Of a stretch of 64,000 bases of DNA, positions 9,066 through 18,654 are shown piece after piece. How positions within the stretch are numbered: position 1 is the stretch's first letter; each line of letters opens with the position of its first letter. The notes under the pieces were generated by a model. The model was given only the letters and a program-made list of their open reading frames with translations, did no database searches and was not told the DNA's origin. Position numbers and translations under genes: made by a program. Source of the DNA: Candidatus Bathyarchaeota archaeon. Lineage in GTDB: Archaea > Thermoproteota > Bathyarchaeia > Bathyarchaeales > Bathycorpusculaceae. The DNA is taken from assembly GCA_026014735.1 (NCBI GenBank), contig JAOZHT010000004.1, forward strand, positions 93,321 to 157,320. The letters run 5' to 3'.

Positions 9066-9562
9066 TTCTTCATTCTCCGTCGTAAATTCTCGATTAATCC
9101 GCCGTCCGCCAAGATTTCTAAGATGAAAGGCGGTAGTTTCTCGAACTGGAACTTTTTGCCGTTAGACAGGTTCTCTATCTTTCCAGCTTCAAAGTCCACG
9201 GCTAACGAATCGCCAGTCTTAACCGCACCTGATATGCCTTTGCATTCAATTACCGGCAAACCAATGTTGATTGCGTTGCGGAAGAAGATGCGCGCGAAGG
9301 ATTCTGCGATAACGCATTTTACGCCGCTGTACTTGAGCGCTAGTGGTGCCTGCTCTCTGCTGGAGCCGCAGCCGAAGTTTTTGCCGCCGACTAGGATAAC
9401 GCCCTCTTTGGCTTTATCCACAAAAGTGGTGTCTAAGCCTTCCAGTGCATGCTTGGCTAGGTCATAGGGGTCAACTAGGATTAGGTATTTGCCGGGCAAG
9501 ATGACGTCGGTGTCGATGTTGTTGCCGAAGACTACGGCTTTAGCTTGGATTTTGCTTTCCAT
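9062..9562 (-). CDS. leuD: 3-isopropylmalate dehydratase small subunit (archaeal short type)
   Basis: DTDVILPGKYL, GKNFGCGSSREQAPLALK and FARIFFRNAINIGLP. It overlaps leuB by 4 nt and leuC by 1 nt. Confidence 0.9.
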   Translation of the reverse strand: MESKIQAKAVVFGNNIDTDVILPGKYLILVDPYDLAKHALEGLDTTFVDKAKEGVILVGGKNFGCGSSREQAPLALKYSGVKCVIAESFARIFFRNAINIGLPVIECKGISGAVKTGDSLAVDFEAGKIENLSNGKKFQFEKLPPFILEILADGGLIENLRRRMKK

Positions 9563-10824
9563 TATGCTTTAACCTCCAGGGGACTGGTGATTTTGCCGGT
9601 TAACGCGGATGCTGCGACCGTGGCAGGTGAGGCTAAGTAGACGTTGGCTTGGGTGCTGCCCATGCGCCCGATGAAGTTACGATTCGATGTGGCCAGGCAT
9701 GTTTCTCCCGCTGCTAATAAGCCGATGTGGCCGCCTAGACAGGGACCGCATGCGCTGCCGCAGACGATGGCGCCTGCTTCAGTGAAGATTTGTAGCAATC
9801 CCTCATCGTTTGCCTGTTTCCAGACTTCCTGCGATGCGGGGATAACTAGGGCGCGGACGCCTTCTTTGACTTTTTTGCCCTTCATAACCTGCGCCGCTAA
9901 CTGCAGGTCCTCCAGTCTACCGTTGGTGCAGCTTCCGATGAAAGCCTGATCAATCGGCACGTCCCCAACTTCAGAGACGGGTTTAACGTTGTCAACTGAA
10001 CTCGGACAGGCAATCTGAGGCTCCAGTTTAGCTACGTCGAATTCAACGGTGCGCTCATAACTGGCGTCTTTGTCGCTTTGCAGTGCTTTGAAGTCAGGTA
10101 ACTCTTTAACTCTGCCTGATAGGAACTCGGCTGTTGCTTGGTCGGGGGCGATTATGCCGTTTTTGGCACCCATCTCCACCGCCATGTTGCACAGCGTCAT
10201 TCTGCCCGCTATGCTCATCGCTTTGATAGTTGCCCCCGTGAACTCGGCGGCTCTGTATATGGCGCCGTCAACGCTCAATGTGCCAATGATGTTTAATATC
10301 AGGTCTTTGGGGGAAACGAAGCGTTGGAATTTGCCCTTCACATCTACCTTGATGGTTGAGGGCACCTTGAACCAGATTTTGCCCGTCGCCATAACCGCCG
10401 CTGCCTCTGTGCTGCCGATGCCGGTGGCGAATGCGCCAAAGGCGCCATAGGTGCAGGTGTGGCTGTCTGCGCCCACGATAACGTTGCCAGGTAGAACATG
10501 TCCGTTCTCAGGCATTACTTGGTGGCAGATGCCGCCTCGGCCGACCTCGTAGAAACGGAGGTTCTGGGTTTTGGCGAAGCCGCGCATGGTTTTGTGGAGC
10601 TCCGCTGCTTTCACGGATTCCGCGGGGACCTGATGGTCCAAGATTACAACTACTTTTTTGTTATCCCAAACTTTTGGGGTTCCTATTTTTTTGAATGCCT
10701 CCACCGCTAAGGGGCCAGTTAAGTCATGCACCATAACCATGTCGACGTTGCAGTCGACTATTTCGCCTGGATGCACTTCTTTTTTGGCTGCGGCTTTAGC
10801 TAAGATTTTTTCTGTAATGTTCAT
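9562..10824 (-). CDS. leuC: 3-isopropylmalate dehydratase large subunit (aconitase family)
   Basis: VDMVMVHD, GADSHTCTYGAFGAFATGIG, GSCTNGR and Fe-S ligand context CGPCLG. A homoaconitase role cannot be excluded. Confidence 0.9.
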   Translation of the reverse strand: MNITEKILAKAAAKKEVHPGEIVDCNVDMVMVHDLTGPLAVEAFKKIGTPKVWDNKKVVVILDHQVPAESVKAAELHKTMRGFAKTQNLRFYEVGRGGICHQVMPENGHVLPGNVIVGADSHTCTYGAFGAFATGIGSTEAAAVMATGKIWFKVPSTIKVDVKGKFQRFVSPKDLILNIIGTLSVDGAIYRAAEFTGATIKAMSIAGRMTLCNMAVEMGAKNGIIAPDQATAEFLSGRVKELPDFKALQSDKDASYERTVEFDVAKLEPQIACPSSVDNVKPVSEVGDVPIDQAFIGSCTNGRLEDLQLAAQVMKGKKVKEGVRALVIPASQEVWKQANDEGLLQIFTEAGAIVCGSACGPCLGGHIGLLAAGETCLATSNRNFIGRMGSTQANVYLASPATVAASALTGKITSPLEVKA

Positions 10825-10918
10825 CTTTCTCTAGTCCTTGAATTATTCTAATCAGAGATGAGATAAGGGCAATTTCTAAAGAACAGACAATTAAGTATTT
10901 CCGCCATGGAAAGGCTGT

Positions 10919-11431
10919 TTATTCGTCGATTCTTATCGATTTTGCGCCTCGTGCCAACGCTGTTATGCCAGTGCGGGCAAGCTCAATGATGCCGAAGGTC
11001 TTCATGAGGTTAAGGAACGCGTCGATTTTGTCGGGTGTGCCAGTGATTTCCACGGTTAAGCTGTCGAAGGAGACATCGATGATTCTGCCCCGGAAGACAT
11101 CCACGAAGTTTATGGTGTCACTGCGTTCTTTAGCATCCTTAACTGCAACCTTAACCAAGGCAAGCTCACGCATGACAAAGTTACCCTGCTCAAGTTCGCC
11201 GACTTTCAGCACGTCGATTTGCTTGGCTACCTGCTTTATGACTTGGTCAACGGTTTTTTCGTCCTCGTTAACAGTGATGGTCATACGGGCAATGTCTGCT
11301 TGCTCGGTGGGTCCAACGGTTATGGATTCGATGTTGAAGTTTCGGCGCCTAAACAGGTTCGCAATCATGTGTAGGACACCGGGTTTGTTTTCGACTAGCA
11401 CAGATATGACTTTGGTTTTTCCAGCTTCCAT
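10919..11431 (-). CDS. ilvN: Acetolactate synthase small (regulatory) subunit
   Basis: ACT domain ISVLVENKPGVLHMIANLFRRRNFNIESITVGPTE and a C-terminal ACT-like repeat. The ATG at 11431 (MEAGKTKV...) lies 1 nt after the ilvB stop, so the longer 11515 start in the ORF track is unlikely. Confidence 0.85.
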   Translation of the reverse strand: MEAGKTKVISVLVENKPGVLHMIANLFRRRNFNIESITVGPTEQADIARMTITVNEDEKTVDQVIKQVAKQIDVLKVGELEQGNFVMRELALVKVAVKDAKERSDTINFVDVFRGRIIDVSFDSLTVEITGTPDKIDAFLNLMKTFGIIELARTGITALARGAKSIRIDE

Positions 11432-11432
11432 C

Positions 11433-13139
11433 TTAGTAGTCTCCTCTCTGCTGTGGTAGACCGCAGCCCGGCGGCACAAATGGCACGACGTCGGTTTCTG
11501 AGCCGATGGGCACATCGATCACCGTCGTAACATTACTAGCGAGTGCTGTCTTAACTGCTTTTTGGAACTCCTCGATGCTGCCCACGCGGAATCCCTCTGC
11601 ACCGTAGGCTTGTGCCAGCTTAACCATATCGGGGGACTTGCCTAATTTGACGGCGTTGTAGCGGCGCTCATAAAGGGTTCTCTGCCACTGCGCCACCATA
11701 CCTAACACACCGTTGTTTAGCACGATAACCACCACGGGGAGGTTCTCTGTAACACTGCATGCCAGCTCCTGCTCGGACATGATGAAGCTGCCGTCGCCTG
11801 CAATGTCCACGACGGGCTGGCTGGGACACGCGGCTTTGGCGCCTATGGCTGCGGGGAAACCAAAGCCCATGGTTCCAAGTCCGCCGCTGCTGATGAAGGT
11901 GCGGGGTTTAAGGGCATTAAAGTACAGTGCAGACCACATCTGGTTCTGCCCCACTTCAGTGGTGACGATTCCGTTTTCCGGCAGAAGCTCACGTAACGCA
12001 AACAGCAGATGCTTGGGAACAACGTCGAGGGGGCGATCCTTCAGCAGGGGGCTCAGTTGCTCCTTGGTCTCTTTAACCCGCTTTGTCCAGGCAGTGCCTT
12101 CGCCTTTTTTGAGCTTCTCTTGAGTGGCTTGCAGCAGCGCCCGCATGGCTTTCTTGGCGTCCGCCACTATGGGCACATCTATCTCGATGTTCTTGTTGAT
12201 TTCTGCATTATCGATTTCTATATGTATCTTTTTGGCGTCGGGTGCGAAGGTGTCAAGATTAGCGGTTGCGCGGTCGCTGAAGCGTGTGCCCACTGCCAGC
12301 AGCACATCTGCCTCGCCGATTAGCCTGTTGGCTGCGGGGTTACCATGCATGCCTATGCTGCCCAGCGACAGCGGATGCCCCTCGGGGAACGCTCCTTTAC
12401 CCATAAACGTAGTTGCCACCGGCGCCATCAGCAAATCAGACATCGCCACGATTTCGTCAGATGCCCCTGAAGAGATAACGCCTCCTCCTGCCAGTATGAT
12501 GGGACGCTCTGCTTTAGCCAGCAAATCTGAGGCTTCGCTGATCTTTTGCGGTTTGGGTTCGGTGACTAGTTTGTAGCCTCGTAGGCTGATTTTGTTGGTG
12601 GGTTCAACCTCTGCTATGCCTGCCTGAATGTTCTTAGGCAAATCAATTAGAACAGGCCCAGGACGCCCTGTGGAGGCCAAGTAGAAGGCGTTGTTAACCA
12701 TCTGGGGGATTTCGTCTATTCGGCGGGGCTGGTAGCTGTATTTGGTGACTGCGGTGGCTATGCCGATGATGTCGGCTTCCTGGAAGGCGTCTTTGCCAAT
12801 CATGTAGCTGGTGTTGACGCCGCTGGATGGCACCTGCCCCGTTAACGCAACAACCGGCGAAGAGTCCATGTAGGCGTTAGCGATGCCTGTGACTAGGTTG
12901 GTGGCTCCGGGGCCGCTGGTTGCCATGCAGACACCGACGCGTCCACTTGCCTTAGCGTAGCCTTCAGCTTCATGCGCCGCGCATTGTTCATGGCGTGCGA
13001 GGACGTGGCGGATTTTGGGGTGGCTGCAGAGTTCGTCGTATACTGGAAGGATAGCTCCGCCTAAGATGCCGAAGATTATGTCCACTTTTTGTCTTTCAAG
13101 GGATTCTAGTAGTGCCTGGGCACCGTTCATTTTAGTCAT
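11433..13139 (-). CDS. ilvB: Acetolactate synthase large (catalytic) subunit, ThDP-dependent
   Basis: GA.ALLESL....VD.IFG.LGGA, ATSGPGATNLVTGIANAY and ThDP motif IAGDGSF.M..QEL.....NLPV...VLNN. Confidence 0.92.
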   Translation of the reverse strand: MTKMNGAQALLESLERQKVDIIFGILGGAILPVYDELCSHPKIRHVLARHEQCAAHEAEGYAKASGRVGVCMATSGPGATNLVTGIANAYMDSSPVVALTGQVPSSGVNTSYMIGKDAFQEADIIGIATAVTKYSYQPRRIDEIPQMVNNAFYLASTGRPGPVLIDLPKNIQAGIAEVEPTNKISLRGYKLVTEPKPQKISEASDLLAKAERPIILAGGGVISSGASDEIVAMSDLLMAPVATTFMGKGAFPEGHPLSLGSIGMHGNPAANRLIGEADVLLAVGTRFSDRATANLDTFAPDAKKIHIEIDNAEINKNIEIDVPIVADAKKAMRALLQATQEKLKKGEGTAWTKRVKETKEQLSPLLKDRPLDVVPKHLLFALRELLPENGIVTTEVGQNQMWSALYFNALKPRTFISSGGLGTMGFGFPAAIGAKAACPSQPVVDIAGDGSFIMSEQELACSVTENLPVVVIVLNNGVLGMVAQWQRTLYERRYNAVKLGKSPDMVKLAQAYGAEGFRVGSIEEFQKAVKTALASNVTTVIDVPIGSETDVVPFVPPGCGLPQQRGDY

Positions 13140-13489
13140 GTCTACTCATGGTCTCCTGTTCTGTTTTATGGGATAGACTCTTGTCTGAAAAAGAAAAATG
13201 CGCTGAAAACTGTGCGGCTGATTCAGAGGGCAAGCTAGGCATATTAGAATATCTGTACCCGACGATCCCAGCTATTGAGGTGACGATCCCTCATATTCAA
13301 TCCTCACGTATCCCAAACGTAAGCCATGTTTACATAAAAAGATTGTGGTGTATGTTCCACTTGGGTTGCAGTGCACAGCGGAAAACTTGCCATCAAGTTA
13401 ATACCTGCCGCAACCAGGGAGCCAACAGGTAACCGAATCGGCTGGCTTTGGAGGCTTTCTGCGGCAAGACACAGCTGAGCGGCTACGTG

Positions 13490-14287
13490 TTACTCCTGAT
13501 GGATTTCCTTAGCGGTGGCCCATTTGGTTTCTACGTAATGAGTAAGCAAATGCAGAAGCGCATAGTTAGTGGTCCAGAGAGCAGGGGATTCTGCAGCGTC
13601 ATAGGAGGGCATAGTTGCAATACATGCCGCTTCATTATCGTACACCCCGAATCTTACGTTGGATAGGTCAGGGCTGAAACGCAGTTTAAAATTGGGATAA
13701 CCCAACAGCTCAACTGTGCTGGCGGCAAGTTTGGTTTCATTTTGCTCTTGGGAAAGACAGCGCACCTCAACGCCTCGATCCAAAGCATGCTTAACCGCTT
13801 CCTGTAACGTAAAAAGCCACTGGGTCAACTCACGCCAAGGAGCAACGAAAACCAGATCACTCTTGGTCTGCTGAACCGTTTCCTTTATTCTTTGAATACA
13901 CGTTTCCTTCCGTGGAATCATAACGAACTGATGCATTGTATCCCAATGCGCCCCTTCATCAGTTCGATAAGGCAACAGGAACGTTTTAGCTTCATTAACC
14001 AGAGCTTCTGTTTTTGTTTTTCTTCTCTGCGCTAAGATAGCGACCACTTGCATTATGGGGACTGCCCTATACAGAACTGGTTTTCCAATTACAACTTCTA
14101 CTAAACTGAGCTGTTGGAGCTCGGTTAATGTATGATAGATGTCTTGTCGAGTGATGTTTGCGGAGGCGCTTATCATTTTGGCGTCAGATGCAGTAGGTAG
14201 CCTGCAGAGTGCGATGTATGTTCTTGCTTGTACACTTGTGAGTCCTAATTCTTGGAGAATTTTTGTGCCATGGCTAAGTTGTGACAA
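13490..14287 (-). CDS. TrmB-family transcriptional regulator
   Basis: N-terminal wHTH LQELGLTSVQARTYIALCRLPTASDAKMISASANITRQDIYHTLTELQQLSLVE...GKPVLYRAVP matches the TrmB DNA-binding domain. It uses a TTG start and is divergent from the surface-protein gene. Confidence 0.75.
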   Translation of the reverse strand: MSQLSHGTKILQELGLTSVQARTYIALCRLPTASDAKMISASANITRQDIYHTLTELQQLSLVEVVIGKPVLYRAVPIMQVVAILAQRRKTKTEALVNEAKTFLLPYRTDEGAHWDTMHQFVMIPRKETCIQRIKETVQQTKSDLVFVAPWRELTQWLFTLQEAVKHALDRGVEVRCLSQEQNETKLAASTVELLGYPNFKLRFSPDLSNVRFGVYDNEAACIATMPSYDAAESPALWTTNYALLHLLTHYVETKWATAKEIHQE

Positions 14288-14544
14288 TTCGCAGTCTTCT
14301 TATTGTGTTGTAGTGACTTTTCATATATAACTGGCTCACTTCCTGTGAATACAAGAACATGTAAACAAATAGCTATCGCTAAGAGGATATATTAAATAGC
14401 TTTAACAGATTAAAATCTAAATTTGAATTTTTTTGTTCAATGTTGTAAGTGGGGGAGCCTTCTTGATACATTTTATTAAAAAATTCCCTCGATTTAATCA
14501 GAATAAAGTAAGCTCAGCTTACTCAAGAAACAGGAGAAAACAAA
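14288..14544. promoter_or_regulatory. AT-rich divergent promoter region between the TrmB regulator and the PQQ-propeller gene
   Basis: The two genes diverge from this 257-bp AT-rich spacer (e.g. GATATATTAAATAG, TTAAAATCTAAATTTGAATTTTTTT). A GGAG lies about 12 nt upstream of the ATG at 14545. Confidence 0.4.
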
Positions 14545-16941
14545 ATGGAAAAAAACAAATTAAAAAAGGCAACAGCCATAAGCATTACATTGCTATTTCT
14601 GGCATCAAGTTTACTAATAGTAGGCACAACAGCGCAGACAGAAAGAAAATTCACGCCCTACCTCAGCTTTAGACCCAACCCCGTCGGAGTAGATCAAACG
14701 GTACTGGTGAACTTTTGGACATCCCCCTCATACAACGTCCAGCTCCATGACTATACCATTACAATCACAGACCCCAACGGCAAAAAAGAAGTCATAAAAA
14801 TGGATCCAGTCAAGACAGATGCAACCGCATGGTTTGAGTTCGTACCTGAAATCGTCGGCAACTACACGCTCCAATTCACTCACCCCAAGGAAACAATCGA
14901 AAACTTCACCTATCCCGAGGTAGCCACCAAAGAGCAGCTGCTCGTAGTTCAAGAAGAACCCGTCGCAAATTGGCCTTCGACTCCACTTCCAACTGATTAT
15001 TGGACTAGACCAATATCGTTTTTGAATCGAGAATGGTGGCCTATAACAGGTGACTGGCCATGGTATGGGTCTGGAACAGTGGATCCTTTATGGTACCAGT
15101 ACAACCCTGACACGAACCCGACTTGGAACGCAATTTACCGTTTCACACCATGGGTTCAAGGACCAGAAAGCGCCCACATTGCATGGAAACGGCAGCTTAC
15201 CTTAGGCGGGTTAATGGGCGGAGACTACGCTATCGGCGTGGAAAACCTCGACATCTATTCCCAGAGCACTTCATGGGCTAGACCCGACATTATCTATGAC
15301 GGACGAGCATACCAAACCTACACTAAAGCCGGCGCAGGGCCAGCAGCAGCCTCTTACTGGGGATGCTATGACACCCGCACAGGCGCATTAATCTGGGAAC
15401 GGGCACTGGCAACCGGCGAAACCTCACCGCTATACATTGAGTACCAAGCAAAAATCAAGCCCTCAGGCGGCGGCGACGCGGAATCAGCAGGCGCACTGCT
15501 CTTAGCCATCAGCGGCGGATACATGAGAAAATATGATCCCTTCACTGGAGCCATGTCAGTTAACCGTACACTCCCCGGTAACCTAACAGGAACAGGCGGC
15601 ACCTACTACATGAATGCTCACTGCCTCTACGTACAAAACCTAGGCAACTCGATACCCGCAGACCAACGATACCGCTTAATTAACTGGACAACAAGCGGCA
15701 ACGGTGCAATCGTAAGCAACACTAGCTATGCACGAAGCGCTCTGCCAACCTACATCGACTGGAACGTAGGTAAAGGCGCAGTAGTAACAACCGGCAACGT
15801 AGAAGGCGTTAACCTGCTAACAGGCGCGTCTCTTTGGAATGCAACCTTCACCGAAACTCAATGGCAAACAGTACACATCGCTGACCACGGAAAAATTGCT
15901 GTTCTAATGTACGGCGGATACTGGAAAGCATGGAACCTAAACAGCGGACAGCTAGAATGGACAAGCGAAAAAATGGATTATCCTTGGGATGAACCTCCGT
16001 TTGGCGCTTACGCGACAATGTCTGCTTACGGTCTACTTCTGCGTCCCGGCTACTCGAAGATTTACGCATTCAACTGGTCTACAGGCGCGATACAGTGGAC
16101 ATACACGGCACCGGCGAAGTACCCATACGATTCACCCTACGTTAACTCGGAAGGCGAAAGCGTATATCCCTGGAACGTTGAAGGCTGGATCGCTGACGGA
16201 AAACTATACATGTACAACACCGAGCACTCAGCCACTGTACCCATCACCCGAGGCTGGGGACTCCACTGCATAAACATGACAACAGGCGAAGGCATATGGA
16301 ACGTAACAATATCTGGCGCAGCATCCAAACACAGTTCAGACCTGCGTGTTGTCGCTGAAGGATACCTATTCCACTTTAGCGGCGACGGCTACATGTACGT
16401 CTTCGGCAAGGGCCTAAGTGAAACAACAGTTGCTGCGCCCGCGTCGGCGGTAAAGGTAGGCGAAGCTTTCACCATAACCGGCACAGTCTTGGATATGTCA
16501 CCGGCACAGGAAGGAACCCCCGCTATATCTGACGAATACATGGGTTCGTGGATGGAGTACATACACCTGCAGCAGGCAAAACCGGCAGATGCAACAGGCG
16601 TAACTGTAACCTTAACAGCCATCGACCCCAACAACAACTACATCAACCTCGGAGAAGCCACAACCAACACCGATGGAACCTACGGCTTTTCGTGGGCTCC
16701 CGAAGTCCCCGGATTATACCGCATCACCGCAACCTTCGCAGGCACCGACAGCTATGGCAGTTCAAGTGCAACAACCTACATGTCCGCAGTTTATCCCCCC
16801 GACAACAGCACACCGGTACCAACACCTGAACCTCCATCAATGGCTGACCTGTATTTCGTACCTGCTATCGCTGGCATGATGGCGATGATTCTGATAATCG
16901 GCGCCGTACTTGCCATCTTAGTGCTGAAGAAGCGTCCATAG
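14545..16941 (+). CDS. Secreted PQQ-like beta-propeller repeat protein with C-terminal TM anchor
   Basis: N-terminal signal/TM (AISITLLFLASSLLIVG). Repeated tG..(I/L)W blades (TGALIWERA, GASLWNAT, SGQLEWTS, TGAIQWTY, TGEGIWNV). An Ig-like tail, many NxS/T sequons, and a C-terminal hydrophobic helix followed by KKRP. Confidence 0.7.
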   Translation: MEKNKLKKATAISITLLFLASSLLIVGTTAQTERKFTPYLSFRPNPVGVDQTVLVNFWTSPSYNVQLHDYTITITDPNGKKEVIKMDPVKTDATAWFEFVPEIVGNYTLQFTHPKETIENFTYPEVATKEQLLVVQEEPVANWPSTPLPTDYWTRPISFLNREWWPITGDWPWYGSGTVDPLWYQYNPDTNPTWNAIYRFTPWVQGPESAHIAWKRQLTLGGLMGGDYAIGVENLDIYSQSTSWARPDIIYDGRAYQTYTKAGAGPAAASYWGCYDTRTGALIWERALATGETSPLYIEYQAKIKPSGGGDAESAGALLLAISGGYMRKYDPFTGAMSVNRTLPGNLTGTGGTYYMNAHCLYVQNLGNSIPADQRYRLINWTTSGNGAIVSNTSYARSALPTYIDWNVGKGAVVTTGNVEGVNLLTGASLWNATFTETQWQTVHIADHGKIAVLMYGGYWKAWNLNSGQLEWTSEKMDYPWDEPPFGAYATMSAYGLLLRPGYSKIYAFNWSTGAIQWTYTAPAKYPYDSPYVNSEGESVYPWNVEGWIADGKLYMYNTEHSATVPITRGWGLHCINMTTGEGIWNVTISGAASKHSSDLRVVAEGYLFHFSGDGYMYVFGKGLSETTVAAPASAVKVGEAFTITGTVLDMSPAQEGTPAISDEYMGSWMEYIHLQQAKPADATGVTVTLTAIDPNNNYINLGEATTNTDGTYGFSWAPEVPGLYRITATFAGTDSYGSSSATTYMSAVYPPDNSTPVPTPEPPSMADLYFVPAIAGMMAMILIIGAVLAILVLKKRP

Positions 16942-17018
16942 AGAAGCAATTTCTCTTTCCCTTTTTTGGATAATTTAATTAACGAAACATAAATCAACAC
17001 ATCATATTGTGTCTGCGC

Positions 17019-18191
17019 ATGCAAAAGAAACAAAGAATGTTCATGTTCACGTTGGTTTCGCTGATGCTGCTGACGACGGCGACGTTGTTTAGCGGGCTCC
17101 AGTCAGCGGCGGGCAGCACAACAATATACATACTGACAGATGGAACAGTAACCCCTCCGGATGAATCGATACAGCGAAGCGGCAACGTCTACGTTCTTGT
17201 GGGCAACGTATCTGCCGAGATAGTGGTGGAGAAAAACAACATAATCCTAGATGGGAACGGCTATTTCTTGGGGGGCTCAGGGGATGGAACCGGAGTTTGT
17301 TTGTGTGGAAGAGAAAACGTGACGGTGAAGAACCTGCAGATATGTGATTTTGCCTTCGGCATCTTTCTGGGGGGTTTAGGCTGCTACTCCAGCTACAACA
17401 GCATAGTCAACAACAACATCACCCGATGCACCAGCGACGGCTTATACTTTGACTACTACTCAAACTATAACAACGTAACAGGCAACGTTGTGGCAGAAAA
17501 CAACAATGGCATTTACCTTTACTGCTCAAGCAGCAACAGCATCTTGCGAAACAACGTCATCGCAAACAACTATGAGGGCATCTCGCTTAGCTACTCCTCA
17601 AACGGCAACAGCATAACGGAAAACAACGTTGCAGGCAGCTGGTTTGGGGTCTCTTTGGAGCATGTAGCCGACAACAGATTCTACCTGAATAACTTTGTTG
17701 AAAACACCTATCAAACACACATATCCGCATGTCAGGGGAATGCATGGGACAACGGGTTCCGCGGCAACTACTGGAGCGGCTATAGCGGCTCAGACGCAAA
17801 CAGCGACGGCGTAGGCGACCAACCCTACATCATCGACGCAGCCAACACCGACCGTTATCCGTTAACAAGCAAAACAAGCAGTTACCCAGCGTATCTACCC
17901 CAATCAACCCCAAATCAGCCGCAGCAAAGCCCCGCCGCCACAGCCACCGCGGCTCCGCCTGACCCAACCGAGCAAACCAGCAAAGCAACCCAAGAACCCG
18001 GCAAACCCACGCCAAAACAAAGCCCAAGCAGCACCCCACCGGTCAGCGCCGAACCTACAGAAGCCTCACCGCAGGAATCGACCATAAACGAGATTTTGCC
18101 TTGGCTACTATGTTCAGTTGCTTTAGGAGTCAGCGGATTGCTTGTTTGGGGCGCTTGGAACCTATCCACTAAACATCGGGTTCACAGATAA
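17019..18191 (+). CDS. Secreted right-handed beta-helix (NosD-like) protein with P/T/Q-rich linker and C-terminal TM anchor
   Basis: Signal peptide, then repeated N.I..N..GI.L..S..N.I..N coils. GNYWSGYSGSDANSDGVGDQPYII....DRYPL is the typical NosD-type C-terminal motif. This is followed by a low-complexity PQSTPNQPQQSP...linker and a TM helix. I prefer the ATG at 17019 to the TTG at 17007. Confidence 0.7.
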   Translation: MQKKQRMFMFTLVSLMLLTTATLFSGLQSAAGSTTIYILTDGTVTPPDESIQRSGNVYVLVGNVSAEIVVEKNNIILDGNGYFLGGSGDGTGVCLCGRENVTVKNLQICDFAFGIFLGGLGCYSSYNSIVNNNITRCTSDGLYFDYYSNYNNVTGNVVAENNNGIYLYCSSSNSILRNNVIANNYEGISLSYSSNGNSITENNVAGSWFGVSLEHVADNRFYLNNFVENTYQTHISACQGNAWDNGFRGNYWSGYSGSDANSDGVGDQPYIIDAANTDRYPLTSKTSSYPAYLPQSTPNQPQQSPAATATAAPPDPTEQTSKATQEPGKPTPKQSPSSTPPVSAEPTEASPQESTINEILPWLLCSVALGVSGLLVWGAWNLSTKHRVHR

Positions 18192-18271
18192 AGCCGCAGG
18201 ACATTTCGAAAAGTATTTTTGAAAAGAAAAAATAGAGGGAAATTGGTTTTCCCGATTGTTTAGGTGACGTT

Positions 18272-18490
18272 TCAGCGTTTTCTGACTGCCATCAGGATGA
18301 CTGCGCCCACGATCGCGATTGCCGCGATTATGGCTGCGGTTGCACCCAAGATGTAGGTGTCAGTGTTTGAGGCTGGAGCTTCTGGTGCCGGTGTCGGGGT
18401 AGCTGGGGCGGGGTCGACTGCAAAGGAAGACCATATTTTAGAAATATAGAAGCAATTTTGCGCAATACACTTATAATTCGCCATTTCCAA
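18272..18490 (-). pseudogene. Possible remnant of a surface-protein gene (linker plus C-terminal anchor only)
   Basis: The 72-aa ORF ends in DPAPATPTPAPEAPAS + ILGATAAIIAAIAIVGAVILMAV + RKR. This is the same linker/TM/basic-tail layout as the C-termini of the neighbouring surface proteins, but there is no upstream ectodomain ORF. Confidence 0.3.
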
Positions 18491-18610
18491 GGCAAGGTAG
18501 ATTCATATAAAGAAAAGAGTAATCATGTTTTACAAAGAATGATACTGCCCCAATGGCTAAGTGGCAGATAGAAACAAATTTTTTCAGCAATCCAAGTTAA
18601 CTATGCCAAG

Positions 18611-18648
18611 ATATTTATGGGAGTGAAAAACTCACAGTTAAGAGGTGA
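18611..18648 (+). promoter_or_regulatory. TATA-like box (ATATTTAT) and Shine-Dalgarno-like GAGGTGA upstream of hsp20
   Basis: ATATTTAT at 18611-18618 lies about 40 nt upstream of the GTG start at 18655. GAGGTGA at 18642-18648 lies 6 nt upstream of the start. Confidence 0.4.
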
Positions 18649-18654
18649 ATAACT

